From Rhizodiscina lignyota (Eukaryota), in assembly GCA_010015805.1 (NCBI GenBank), contig ML978127.1:1922001-1986000 (forward strand): DNA of 64,000 bases. The letters run 5' to 3'. The stretch's first letter is position 1. Each line of letters begins with the position of its first letter. A program made the position numbers and the translations under genes. This document shows positions 38,444-49,798 of this stretch, in pieces. The notes below the pieces were generated by a model, which was given only the letters and a program-made list of their open reading frames with translations, was not told where the DNA came from and ran no database searches.

Positions 38444-40408
38444 ATGGACCACTCTTTATACCACACGAAGGCGCCTCCACATGGAGATGTCGAGGAGCTT
38501 GAGAGAAAGCGATTGCAACTTGAAGAAAATGTCGCTAAGCTGAGCAAAGCTCTTCGACACTGGCAGTCCTGGGAAGTTGAATACGCCGAATTCAAGGATG
38601 CAGTGCAGGCTCTACCACCTGATGCTGCGCCTGCCGATCTGCGGTCCACTGGAGAATCATTAGAGTCTTCTTTACTTACTAGGAAAGAAATCGACGAGCT
38701 CCTGGGTTCACGTCAAGGCAAAGCACGCGATCGTGATCAGGTCGTTGGTGTTATTGCACGACGCGTTGACTATGTTCAGCAAAATGCGCAGTCTGTGCAG
38801 AAACAGCTTGATAAAGCTGAGCGAGAACTGGAGACGGCCTTAGAAGGTCCTGCAGACGCGACTTCTGCCAGTGAGGAGTTACCGGTTATGGAGATCCTTG
38901 AGGAATTGGACGACGATGGAAATGTTGTCTCGAGTTCAGTGTCAAGTGCGAAAGATGCAGTCCCAGGCGTTGTTGAGGTTCTGAAGAGAGCGGGCGTGGC
39001 GGGTTTGGAGGCTTCGAAGGAAAACGAGAAACTTCAGGGTACTGCATCGGACGACCAAAAAGCCATGTCTGAGGCTGGGTCCAAACACCCGGTCGGGCCT
39101 ACGAAAATGAAGAGTCCGGATGCTCAGAGCTTTACACAAGCCACCCTCGCACCTCCCAATGGCACGGATGACAACTCGAAGAAACGCAAGAAGTCTGTAT
39201 CTTTCGCCGAGGAAATTTCAATATCCACAGCTCCGTCTTGGCGGAGTTCATCTCCTCCACCACAAGCTTTGCCTCCCACTCCCATCAGGCCCAAGCACAA
39301 GGATAGCTGGGAAGTAGAAGAGGCTCGCAAAGGTCGCTTCTTCAGTGGAACTCGAGTTATCGAAGTTGACGATAATGACCGTGAGATTGGCAGTCTTCCG
39401 GTGGTCGCTCCCGAAGACGAATCCCCGGAGGATGCCGCGCTTCGCCATGAGATGAACCAGTACGCGTTGTCGGAAGTCGGCGCGGTAGTGGCAGAGATGA
39501 ATATTGAAGAAGACCATGGCGAATACGATGAAGATGAGGAGAACTTCGAAGATGATCCTGAATACGAGCCAGGTAGTGACGAGGAAGAAGAGAACGAGGC
39601 TGGAATTAGTACACGCGATCGCGTCACTGATGAAGACCGTCAAGCGATGCTCGACTTGGAGAGGAGACTCAATGCCAAGATGATGGAAAATATTGGTCCA
39701 AGGCCCGAACCTAAAGGCATCACAACTTATTCAGATGACTTACGCACTTTAGTTATTCGATCAAATGAGAAAGACGGCGGTGCAAACAAGGATAAGAAAT
39801 CCCAACCGGCCAAGAAAGGCGTCCATTTCGCGGCAGAACTGGACATATCGCCTCCACCCACAGAAGCAACTCGAGCGGATAATGCTGACATAGTTCCATC
39901 GGCGCCACCGGTCTCCGATGCTGTAGTTGAGCGAAGTGATAATACCAAAGTTACCGAGGATGCCAAATCGACACCTCAGAAGAAGACTTCGCGTTTCAAG
40001 AAGACTCGGATGGACAAAAATCAGCCTTCCGCAGACGCCCCCGCCCTGCCTCTGGATGATCATGCGAAACAGGCTCTCCCAAGTATACCGATACATTTGC
40101 AGCAACCGCCACAACTGTCACATGAGATACGAGAACCAGAAGGTCCTACGGGCCAAACACTCTCCACGGAGGTCATTGAGAGGCCAGTAAGAGAAGGTGC
40201 CGTTGCGCCGCCTGATGAGACTGGTACTGATCCTGCTCTACTTGAACAAGAGCTTGCAGTGGCAAATCGCAGGCTCCTGAATCGAACGGTTCAAAAGCAG
40301 GGCGGCTTCAAGCCGTCGGCAGAGGATGAGGAGAACCCTCTTATGGAAGAGCGCGATGGCAAGGTGCGTAAAGTTAGTCGATTCAAGGCAGCGAGACTCA
40401 ATGCTTGA
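38444..40408 (+). CDS. BUD27: Unconventional prefoldin RPB5 interactor (Bud27/URI1)
   Basis: N-terminal prefoldin-like segment (LRHWQSWEVEYAEFK...RRVDYVQQN), LPVMEILEELDDDGNVVSS, acidic middle, C-terminal KVSRFKAARL. Confidence 0.85.
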   Translation: MDHSLYHTKAPPHGDVEELERKRLQLEENVAKLSKALRHWQSWEVEYAEFKDAVQALPPDAAPADLRSTGESLESSLLTRKEIDELLGSRQGKARDRDQVVGVIARRVDYVQQNAQSVQKQLDKAERELETALEGPADATSASEELPVMEILEELDDDGNVVSSSVSSAKDAVPGVVEVLKRAGVAGLEASKENEKLQGTASDDQKAMSEAGSKHPVGPTKMKSPDAQSFTQATLAPPNGTDDNSKKRKKSVSFAEEISISTAPSWRSSSPPPQALPPTPIRPKHKDSWEVEEARKGRFFSGTRVIEVDDNDREIGSLPVVAPEDESPEDAALRHEMNQYALSEVGAVVAEMNIEEDHGEYDEDEENFEDDPEYEPGSDEEEENEAGISTRDRVTDEDRQAMLDLERRLNAKMMENIGPRPEPKGITTYSDDLRTLVIRSNEKDGGANKDKKSQPAKKGVHFAAELDISPPPTEATRADNADIVPSAPPVSDAVVERSDNTKVTEDAKSTPQKKTSRFKKTRMDKNQPSADAPALPLDDHAKQALPSIPIHLQQPPQLSHEIREPEGPTGQTLSTEVIERPVREGAVAPPDETGTDPALLEQELAVANRRLLNRTVQKQGGFKPSAEDEENPLMEERDGKVRKVSRFKAARLNA

Positions 40409-40781
40409 GTTCGCCGGAGTTATTATGAGCGAATTACCCAGTACGTCCTTCTATAGATGATCGCAGAGCTTGCTGTAATTCATTTATCCCGCTTGGTATC
40501 CATTACATTGCGTCTTTCTTTTTACGCCTTCCACTTTCGAGTACATACACGCAGTCGTTAAACCTTTTGTGAGAAGCATCCTTCCATGATGCCATCCCAC
40601 TATTCCATATAACTGCAAGATCAATGCAAGGGCTCTCTGACCTGCCGTCTCACTGGCTGGCGTTGGGATTCGTTTCACCCTCAACATACAGTAACATATG
40701 CTGTTATCGGTTCGACAGCAAATTCGGTGTTCGTGTAATATAATACACATATTGAAAGGAAATCGTGAACCTCATGCTGAA

Positions 40782-41409
40782 CTACAGACTTGCGGGCTGA
40801 GCCCAATCTGGCTTTGCTTCGTACGAGATGCGTCCAGCTGGCAAGAAGAATAATGCCACAAGTGCTCCACCTCTGACTTCCGGATAGTGATGTGTGCCTG
40901 GACCGGGGCTTGTCCAGCCCGCCTTCTGCCAGCCTTGCATGCCCATCAGCTCCGCCGTTTCGTCGAGTTGGATAACGCAGTTGATCTCGCCGTATGGATG
41001 CTGGTGATATTGGCCTCTGTAGACGCCTTGGCTGTCCATGTAGACTGTAGTGATTGAAAAGAACCGTGTGTCTTCACACGGCAGAGAGACTTTGCTCCGA
41101 CGGTATTTCTGGCCGTCAATTGGAATGGTGGCGCACCATCCCTCGTCGTTCTCGATCCCGCCGCGTACCAGACGGCAGAAGTCTTCGTAGAACGGATTGC
41201 CTGGTCCGTAGTTCTCGTTGAGATGTGCTTCAGTCTTGTGGCCGGGAGTGCTTCGTTTTGTCAGCCAGCAGATAATCAAGATATGTCAGTTGCGTAACAC
41301 ACAGATTTTGTACTTCCGCAAAGAATTCTTTGGCACGATCTACCAGCGCCTTTGCGTTGGGATGTTTGGAGAGGTCAACAGCGTCTCCGCCGGAATAAGA
41401 ACTCGCCAT
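40782..41409 (-). CDS. p-hydroxylaminobenzoate lyase-like protein (PnbB / DUF4863)
   Basis: RGQYHQHPYGEIN and AGWTSPGPGTHHYPEVRGGALVALFFLPAGRISY; ATG at 41409 with one intron (...EVQNL|TPGHKTE...). Confidence 0.85.
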
Positions 41410-41714
41410 GACTGATTGCGGAGACTTTAGTTGAATTGCTCTGTTGGAAATTTGATGCGACGTCGATAAGGTTTACCTTTTTCGACTATGGCGGAGAATT
41501 TTATACTCTAATGGAAGGTTTTCATAAGCGAGCTGACGTTCAACTGCCCGTTGCTCTATCCCGATGTCTATTTCTTAACAATCATAATACAGAAGCCCCT
41601 CTCATAGCCACTAATCCTCCGATTTTCCGAACAAAACGTCGGCGACCGGGCCTTATGACCAGTCGCAAACTCCTGCCAGAAGCAGGCAAGCATTTCCCAA
41701 TATCGGATGCTAGC

Positions 41715-41726
41715 GCGGATATCCGC
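41715..41726. promoter_or_regulatory. CGG-N4-CCG palindrome, candidate Zn2Cys6 binding site in a bidirectional promoter
   Basis: Perfect 12-bp palindrome GCGGATATCCGC near the middle of the 41410-42001 divergent intergenic region. HGATAR sites at 41464-41470, 41727-41733 and 41833-41838. Confidence 0.45.
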
Positions 41727-42001
41727 CTTATCGAATAGTCCATGTCATGACTTCGATATTTGCAATTTTCAAATTTGTCTACAGCAACAGAGTATAGTAT
41801 ACGCCTTCGTTAACTCTGCGGCGCTGAATCCATTATCTACTGATTGTCTGCAAAATAGCACATATGCAATAGACAATATACTGTCAACATCTACTGAAGC
41901 CCGACATTCGTCCTCCTTCACCACCTCGGTTAGCTCGCTAGACAAAAGCGATACATTCATCTGTCTGCTTCACTTCGAGGAACATCTAACCCACCGCCAC
42001 A

Positions 42002-43279
42002 ATGTCGCCGATCATACGTGTTAATGCGGATCGAACTAATGCTACTCATGCCGCCGCCTGCACATGGGGCCAAACGCCCGATGGCGGTATGAACCGCGTG
42101 GCATTAAACGACGATGACAAGAGCGCAAGAGATTGGTTCGTCTCTGAGACGGGAAAATATGGTTGCACCCACAAGATCGATCAGATGGGCAACATCTTTG
42201 CAATCAGGCCTGGCGAGAACAACACGATACCGCCGATTGCTCTCGGAAGTCACCTGGACACGCAGCCAACAGGAGGGAAGTATGATGGCATTCTTGGTGT
42301 TGTCTGCGCTGTCGAAGTTTTAAAGTGTGTGCATGAGAACGGCATCAAGACGTATGCGCCGCTGGCCGTCGTGAACTGGACGAATGAAGAGGGTGCTAGA
42401 TTTCCTCAGGCGATGTGCTCGTCTGGAGTTTGGGCAGAAGAGTTTCCGCTATCGTATGTCTATGGACTGAAAGACGACAAAGGTATCACGTTTGAATCTG
42501 AACTCAAGCGGATCGGCTATCAGGGAGATGTGGAATGCTCGTACAGACACAATCCACTTCTGGCTCACTTTGAGGTTCATATCGAACAAGGCCCATTGCT
42601 GGATAGCGCCGAGAAGCCAGCCGCAGTGGTGAAGGGCGTTGAGAGCATCAAGTGGTTCTATATCACTCTGACTGGGCGTGAATCCCATGCTGGAAGTACA
42701 CCTATGGACGAAAGGCAAGACGCTCTCCTCGGCGCAGCAAAAATCATTGCAGCGGCAAACAAGGCCGTCACGGATAAGAGCTTGGAGAGTGGAAAGCTGG
42801 GTGCCAGAGCAACTATAGCTTGGATCGAGAGTAGTCCGCAATCTCCAAATACAATCGCTGGCAAGGTCAAGATATGCTTGGACCTCCGGACGATTTCCGA
42901 CGCAGACATGGATGTCGTAGTCAAGCAATGCGAGAAGGACTTTGAGAATATCGCGACGGGAACCAATCTAGGCTTTGATATGGCGCATACATGGACTTCC
43001 AAGGCTATTGACTTCGACGCGACAATGGTGGATTGCATTCGCGCGAGCGCACGAGAAGAGGAGGGCTGTGACATGGAACTCGTTTCGCACATTGGGCATG
43101 ACTCCGTGTACACTTCCCGTAGGATCCCCACGGCAATGATATTTGCGAGGTGTAAGAATGGTATCAGCCACAATCCAAACGAGTATTCGAGGCCAGAGGA
43201 TTGTGCTGTGAGTGCCCAGGTTCTGCTTGGTGCATATCTCCGATACGATGAGCGAATACGAGAGCAGTATGCAAAATAA
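42002..43279 (+). CDS. M20 N-carbamoyl-amino-acid amidohydrolase (beta-alanine synthase / hydantoinase-carbamoylase family)
   Basis: GSHLDTQPTGGKYDGILGV, NWTNEEGARF, HFEVHIEQGP, HAGSTPM, GHDS, GISHNPNE; intronless. Confidence 0.92.
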   Translation: MSPIIRVNADRTNATHAAACTWGQTPDGGMNRVALNDDDKSARDWFVSETGKYGCTHKIDQMGNIFAIRPGENNTIPPIALGSHLDTQPTGGKYDGILGVVCAVEVLKCVHENGIKTYAPLAVVNWTNEEGARFPQAMCSSGVWAEEFPLSYVYGLKDDKGITFESELKRIGYQGDVECSYRHNPLLAHFEVHIEQGPLLDSAEKPAAVVKGVESIKWFYITLTGRESHAGSTPMDERQDALLGAAKIIAAANKAVTDKSLESGKLGARATIAWIESSPQSPNTIAGKVKICLDLRTISDADMDVVVKQCEKDFENIATGTNLGFDMAHTWTSKAIDFDATMVDCIRASAREEEGCDMELVSHIGHDSVYTSRRIPTAMIFARCKNGISHNPNEYSRPEDCAVSAQVLLGAYLRYDERIREQYAK

Positions 43280-43802
43280 ATTGAAAGATTTGTTCTTTTC
43301 CAAAGCTCCAGCTTACTCTCGTCTCATGTAAAGTACCTCTTTACCCTACGCATAGCTATGAAGATTTATAAGTTGAGTAAAGCATCTATAGAGATTCTGA
43401 GAATAATCAAACGCAATATCCGTACGAAAGCGATTGAAATGTCGCATACGACTTGGTAATTCCGGTGATGGACCACACGGAAATCTTCTACATTTACTTT
43501 ATAGCATTTACTTAGTAAATTTCAGATTAAACTGTGAATAATGCAATACAGTCCTAAAACTTCTTGCAGTTTCGTACATTGGAATTCAATATACGGGACT
43601 CCTTGAACTTTTAATTGTCTCCAGCGATTCGTTCAGGGGCTCCAGCCCTGTGAGTGACGTCGATCTCTAAGAGCTCGATCGAAGGCGGAACGAATCAACC
43701 ATCTCAATCTCATAATCACCATCGAGGCGTACAACACATAGAGATGGCATCTCCCAATTTCAACATGTCAATTGACGTATCATCTGCACATAGCTCTTCA
43801 CA

Positions 43803-45078
43803 ATGTCTCCGTGGGCGCTCATTACTCCTTCATCTCGCGGAATCGGCCTCGCTGTGACGCGTCACGTGCTCCAGACGACAAAATGCCCGGTCGTTGCCAC
43901 GGCGCGGAAGGACCTTGATAAAACAAGAGATGCTGTACTGAATGGACTCGATGTGGATAAAAGTAGACTCACCGTTCTGAGGGTGGATGTCACAAGTATA
44001 CGGCAGATTGCTGGTTTCGGGGTGATCATGATGCTGACGCAAAGGGACAGATGAATCCACAATCGAGGCTGCAGCGTCGCACTGCGCGTCTGCCTTTCCG
44101 AAGCAAGACAATCGTCTCCATCTTGCCTTTGCACTTCCTGGGTAAGAGGTCTTTTGTATACGATATCTCGCACTGAACCTCTAGAACGCTGCCGTGTCAA
44201 GTTCGCAAAATGAGACGAACGGCTGGATCTACTTGAACTGCTCTGCAGCAACACGTTCAGCAAGACTAGACGCCAAGTCAATTGTCTGACTGGCAGCCGC
44301 AGGAGACGCGAGAGCCCCGCAGTACATATCGTATTAGTGGTCAAGCTGCTATCTCCCACGCTCGTGCTCTTCTGCGGCTGTCTGCATATATGCCTATTGT
44401 TCCTTCAAAATTGTAGGCGCTGGACATGCGGAACCTCGATCCTGTCTCGAAGTGCCCGGGACCTATGCATTCAAAACACAGAAGCCATCACAATCCGAAC
44501 TCTGCTAATCCGTACTGTGCTCCAGTCTCCTCTTCCCTGAAAAGTCACCCCAGCAGGTCTCCGCTGCCGACGCTCTCCTCACCTACCAGACCAACGCCCT
44601 CGGTCCACTGCTCCTCATGAAGCACTTCTCGCCCTTCCTCCCCACCAAGCGTACTCCGCTTCCCTCAGCCGCCGACATTGCTGATGAAGTTTACGCTGGC
44701 CTTCCCCCCTCCCACGCCGTCTGGGCGACCTTCTCCGCCCGCGTCGGCAGCATATCCGACAATAATCTAGGCGGATGGTACTCGTACCGCTCATCCAAGG
44801 CGGCGGTGAACCAGCTGACCAAGACATTTGATAATCATTTGAGGACAGCGAGTGGGGAGAAGGCGATTGCGGTTGCGCTGCATCCAGGGACCGTGAAGAC
44901 GAACTTGAGCAAGGAGTTTTGGGGGAGTGTGAAGGAGGAGAAGTTGTTTGAGCCGGAGTGGGTGGCGGAGAGGTTGATTGGGTTGGTGACGGGGCGGAAT
45001 ATAAGTGATGTGAAACCAATTGGTGTGGAGGGGAGAGGGCAATGTTGGGATTGGAAGGGGGATGAGATTCCACCATAG
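43803..45078 (+). CDS. Short-chain dehydrogenase, C-factor (CsgA)-like
   Basis: ALITPSSRGIG, PGLLFPEKSP, SARVGSISDNNLGGWYSYRSSKAAVNQ, ALHPGTVKTNLS; introns about 43996-44050 and 44142-44525. Confidence 0.9.
44173..44382 (+). ncRNA. Candidate structured intronic RNA element
   Basis: Arms 44292-44312 and 44361-44382 form 21 bp with one bulge and three G-U pairs; further stems at 44173-44260 and 44267-44288. Confidence 0.45.
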
Positions 45079-45243
45079 ACTAGAAAAACAATTTGTTTGG
45101 GAATATGAGGGAGTGGCTTCAGAATGATCTTTATTGCCCTGTATATAGCCAATGTAGCCGACTATGTTCGTCAGGAATGACCCCATTGCATGCAAGATGA
45201 AATCGTGCCATCATATCATACATTCATCCCATGCTTGTTATTA

Positions 45244-45541
45244 TTATTTGTTCAATTCCTCCGCCCTCTTCTTCAGCTCCTCCTTGCTCGCCGGCTCCGG
45301 CAGGTTGTCCGTCTGCACAGGGCCAAGATTCGCCTTGTGAGCGTCCTGATGCAACTTGTGCGTCGACGCTGTCGAGTCTGAAGACTCCTTCGCGACCTGG
45401 TCGGTGATGTCTGTATATGTTCGGAGTCAGCTTCATCATTCATTGTAGTCGCATATAGTAAAGACAACTGCTGGGCAGGCGACCGAAATTATGAAAACAC
45501 TTACGACTCGAGGTCTCGTCTTCCTTTGGCATTACAGGCAT
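45244..45541 (-). CDS. Small hydrophilic fungal protein, about 67 aa (stress/spore-type)
   Basis: AAAAACATG start and intron 45411-45504. Product MPVMPKEDETSSHITDQ...HKANLGPVQTDNLPEPASKEELKKRAEELNK*; the C-terminus is typical of a small ascomycete protein family. Confidence 0.72.
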
Positions 45542-45705
45542 GTTTTTAGTCTGTGCTGCTGTTTTCCACTTTGGTTCTTTGTTGTATGGTTTGAGTTCGC
45601 CAGTCTGTGCTTCCAAAATATCGACGTACTCTTGCTTCTGCTCGTAGTAGTCGTCAATATCTTCTTTCGATATCTTAACCTTGGTGGAAGGACGCAACCG
45701 GGACA

Positions 45706-45776
45706 TTATATGTGAGATGCGATACGTCAGGCACGTGAGGGTGACGTCGACTCCGGGAAATGTGACGCGTGAGGGG
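45706..45776 (-). promoter_or_regulatory. Stress-type promoter: CRE/ATF, E-box, STRE and TATA-like elements
   Basis: TACGTCA 45723-45729, CACGTG 45732-45737, TGACGT 45742-45747, AGGGG 45772-45776, and ATATAA on the minus strand at 45706-45711. Confidence 0.45.
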
Positions 45777-46148
45777 TGGGGGAGTTCGATCGATGGATGA
45801 GCAAGCTCAGAGTCCAGGACCAGGGTTCATGGGTGTGTTAAACAGAATGCCATTGTGTGAGGGGCCGATTTGCTTCAATTGCATGGCATTCGCCGCTCAA
45901 TGCTTCGGGCCCTCGAGATTTCGTGACTTCACAAGGCTGAAGATGGATAAGACGATAATGGCAATCGCCGAGAATGGCCGACGATCTCGGGTCGGCGTCA
46001 AGGATCTTGCACTTCACGTAAATTTGAGTCACACCATGCGCGGGGGTCGCGTGACTTTTGGGAGCTCTTGATAAATGATAGGCTTAGGTGTATGAGCTTC
46101 AATTGTCTGAACCATCTCTACAAAGGAGGAGGCATATTCTAGGACATC

Positions 46149-47114
46149 ATGGCTTCTGAAGGCGGAGAGAAACTGGACTTCCGCTGCCACTGCGGCAACG
46201 CCTCGTTCACCTACACTCTCCCATCCAAGGCGTTTCCTCTCAAAGCGAGCATTTGCCATTGTGAGGACTGCCGCCACTCCTCTGGCCAAATGTTTAACAC
46301 TTATGCCGTCATTCCCATTGAGCAGCGACCGGATTTCTCGCACCTGACAGCGTACCCGTCATCGAAAAATCTAACGCGGTTCTTCTGCTCCAAATGTGGC
46401 GCTTCAGTGGGAAATTTCGAGCCGCATGAATGGGAATTTGCATCGGGCATGTTCGACCGCACAGCAGGGCTGCTGAACAGACTTCAAATGTTCGTTGAGA
46501 GTACGAAAGATGGCGGGACAAGTCTGTGGCTGCCGAAAGATGTGTATGGCAGGAAAAACGAAGGTAGAGACTCTGAAGACATGACAGACGAAGAGCTAGT
46601 CATTTTTAGAAGGGGCCGAAGACAGTCGATGAGTGACATGCTCCGAGGACGCTGCCACTGTGGAGCCGTGGCGTTCTACGTACCCCGACCGAGGCTGAGT
46701 CTTGAAGAAGAGGAGAAACGTGGAGGTGACAGATATGTGGCAGGACTGTGCGCCTGTGACTCCTGCAGATTATGCACCGGTTTTGAATTCAGTGCATGGA
46801 CGGCTGTGAGGCCAGAGGACATCCTCACGACGGAGGGGAGGCAGTTTGATGTCAACGACCCTGCTCTTGTTCACTATACGAGCTCGCCGGGCGCTCATAG
46901 GTCATTCTGTAAGACCTGTGGGGCCAAAGTACTTTTCAGGAAAGACAGCAGGGACCCACAAATATACGACATCAATGTCGGCCTTTTCAGAGGGAGTGGA
47001 GCACGACTGGATGACTGGCTGATGTGGGAAGACACCGTGTATTTCAAGGAAGATGCAAAGGACCCAGAACTGGTGAACCGGATACTGGAGGGAATTCGAA
47101 AGTGGAACTCGTAG
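46149..47114 (+). CDS. Tandem GFA/CENP-V (Mss4-like) zinc-binding domain protein
   Basis: Two repeats: CHCG...CHCEDCR...RFFCSKCG and CHCG...CACDSCR...RSFCKTCG; intronless. Confidence 0.9.
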   Translation: MASEGGEKLDFRCHCGNASFTYTLPSKAFPLKASICHCEDCRHSSGQMFNTYAVIPIEQRPDFSHLTAYPSSKNLTRFFCSKCGASVGNFEPHEWEFASGMFDRTAGLLNRLQMFVESTKDGGTSLWLPKDVYGRKNEGRDSEDMTDEELVIFRRGRRQSMSDMLRGRCHCGAVAFYVPRPRLSLEEEEKRGGDRYVAGLCACDSCRLCTGFEFSAWTAVRPEDILTTEGRQFDVNDPALVHYTSSPGAHRSFCKTCGAKVLFRKDSRDPQIYDINVGLFRGSGARLDDWLMWEDTVYFKEDAKDPELVNRILEGIRKWNS

Positions 47115-48623
47115 TCTCACGAGCTTGGCGGACTATTGCTTTCGATGGGGTCGTGGTTGGTATCCCAAAGCAACGGCATTTGTTGTTGCAGGAGTCGGCA
47201 CTACATGTACGAATCGGAAGTAATGTAGTTGTCTGCATGACGTACGAGTATACTCCACTCCTAAGCAACTTAATGTTACAGCCTTGGCAATTGATTTCTC
47301 GTGCCCTCATCCGTGCCTTTCCAGGAGTCCCTTTGTAGCGGTGTAACGCCCAAACACAAGCCTGTTTGTCCCTGGGTTGTGTAGCAGTCAGGTCCACCCT
47401 TGATCAGACGGGAGAGCGGCGCGTGCCGTATCGAATTGTGGACTTCGCTCGGACTTAACCCACTCGATATGCATACGAGCCATTTGCCAATGAGAAAAGC
47501 GTCCTCGATGCCTTCTCCGGTCTCGCGAGCCCATGCAGGAGGTACAATTGTTGAGTTGGGCGGCTCCGAATGTCTGAGTACGCCCGTCGTCGGGCTCCTG
47601 CAGGTGTCACATGAGTATAGACTTCGGGCAAGTTTCAAGAGTTCTAGAAATGTGAGAGAGACAGTTGATAGATGTCTGCTAGAGTATTCGGGTACAAAAC
47701 AGAGCAAGTGAGAAGCACACGAATGAGAAGCGGTGAAGCGACTCAGGGTAATCCGGAGGGTCTTCGCCGATGGCTTGCAGCGCAGATCGAACCGCTAGCG
47801 TTGGGAGAAGACAAGGACAGCCTTCGCATGCAATTCCTAAATCACACGATCAATTAGCCAAAGGAGGAGTGGTTATAGGCAGCGGAGGCCTTGCGTGGGG
47901 TTGGATGCTTCCAATTGGGAGGAGGCTGGAACATTTCGCGCTTGATGCGGGAAAGCGCTGACAATTTCTGTGCCATGACGTCGTGCAAGCCGTCGGCTAT
48001 TGAACCGACGAAGCTCTCCGCCGAAGCTCCCACGCATTGTGTTTGACGACCTCTCGTGTCGGGCAGCTGTCGGTGCGAAGACATTGGCCCTGTACAACCA
48101 CACCACGTCAGCGGCGTCACAGCATCTGGGGTGCATGTTGCGGGCAGCTTGCCGCATTCCTACGTCCACGGTCGTTGCCGGCCGAGGTGGTGGTGCTGAT
48201 GGCAGCGCCCATACTCCGGCCTGCCAATAGTCGCGCGGCCACGGCGATCTGCACGACCTAGATCCATGACTTCTATACGCTTTTACCCATGATGAAGGAC
48301 TGAGCACGGAACTTCCTACAAATCCCATTCCTACCACTTCCGCCACCAAGCTTTACTTTCATCCAGACTTACGAAGAGACGTGTCGCTACTCAGCAGTCT
48401 AGGTAAGATCCTGCGCGCGTCATGCGTTTGCGTCTCGCTTCGAACTTAACTGACAATGCCCTCTACAGTGCTAGCACAACACTCCGCATATCCTCGCAAC
48501 TACCATTGGCAGCCGGGCTGCTGACGCGAAGACAACAACCCCCCTTCATTACACCCAGGAACAAAAGAGAGAAAAAGGAAAAGGGAAAAAAGAGAAAAAG
48601 AAGCAGCTATGAATTACAGTAAT

Positions 48624-49798
48624 ATGATCGAAGCATGTAGCCTCTCTCCTTCGCTCAACAGACTTTCCTTTCGCGTATACTATGGCAGCACCCAAACTAA
48701 CGACCCGTTGGACAGGAGAAAAATCTCAAGAAGACCTTCATTATCGCCACCCTAGTGTCCACCATCATCAACTGCTTCGGCTCCGCCCACGGCCTCTACG
48801 ACCGGTTGCAGCAGAAGAAGACCGACACCAAGCAGGACGCGGAGATTAAGAAGCTCCAAGAGGAGATCAAGAAGAAGGACCAGAGAGTGCAAGAAGTTTC
48901 AAGCCAGAATGGGGACAGGCGGAATGGAGGAAGAGACCCGGATCGAGACAATCTGGAGAGGTCCCTGACAAGGTCTGGTGCTGCGATCCAGTCTGCCTAC
49001 AACGCCGACTATGATAGACTGGGGCAGCGCTTCGCGATGGGGGACAGTGAGCGCATTCACATACCTCCCTCTCATTCATCCTACTGACAGAAACTAGTCA
49101 TTGCGCAGAACGAACTCCAGGCGCAAGTAATTCAACTACAGCAAACCGTCATATCGATCCTCGAAGAAGCTGTCTACAGTGGTAGGCAGCCTAGTCGCGC
49201 TGATATGGCGACGCTCTTCAAGGCCTCCGAGGCCGCGCGCGAGGGATCAATACAAGCCCTCAACCACCAATACCAGCGTCTGCTCGAAAACAATCCCAAG
49301 CAGCGTGCTCTTTCGCTGCCGCCAGCGGCATCTGTTCATGGCTCGATTCGCGCTCTGCCTGCTCCTACGCCGTCGAGACATGGCTCCATACGCTCTCTAC
49401 GTACTTCGTCACTTGCAGGAGATCCCACACCATTATACTGTCGATACAGCGTCGCCCTCCAAGACGACTCCAATCGGCCACTTTCCTCTGGCTTTGCGCC
49501 GGGCGGCAGCTGCAAATGTGAAGCTTGCGGCATCTTCATCCCTATCGAACCGCAGCGCGCGTGGCAGATCTACAAAGAGGACCCGAATGTGAGACATGGA
49601 GAGAGGACATATCATATCCTGAATCGGTTCATGATCAAATGCCATCGCGCTAACGGTGAGTTTGCATGCGTCCTGTGCAGCCGCTTCCGCAGCGTCGACA
49701 CCATATGGGAGGACATTAGAGCGTTCGCAAAGCACGTCTCCCGAGCGCACGATCCGGCAGAGCTGAACAAAGAGATTGATATTAAAGAGGTCACCTGA
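48624..49798 (+). CDS. Uncharacterised fungal protein with C-terminal Cys/His cluster
   Basis: MIE|EKNLKKTFIIATLVSTII...YDRLGQRFAMGD|IIAQNELQAQVIQLQQTVI...CKCEAC...KCH...CVLC...H...H. The start depends on a GC-AG intron (48633-48715); a 5'UTR intron lies at about 48402-48468. Confidence 0.72.

Noticed and set aside
44142..44525. TPP riboswitch in either long SDR intron
   Set aside because: No GCTGAGA / CTTGATC..GATAATACC.GCG aptamer core, and the host genes are not thiamine-related.
45425..45445. C/D snoRNA (ATGATGA and CTGA) in the small-protein intron
   Set aside because: The boxes are only 2 nt apart and CTGAC is the intron branch site.
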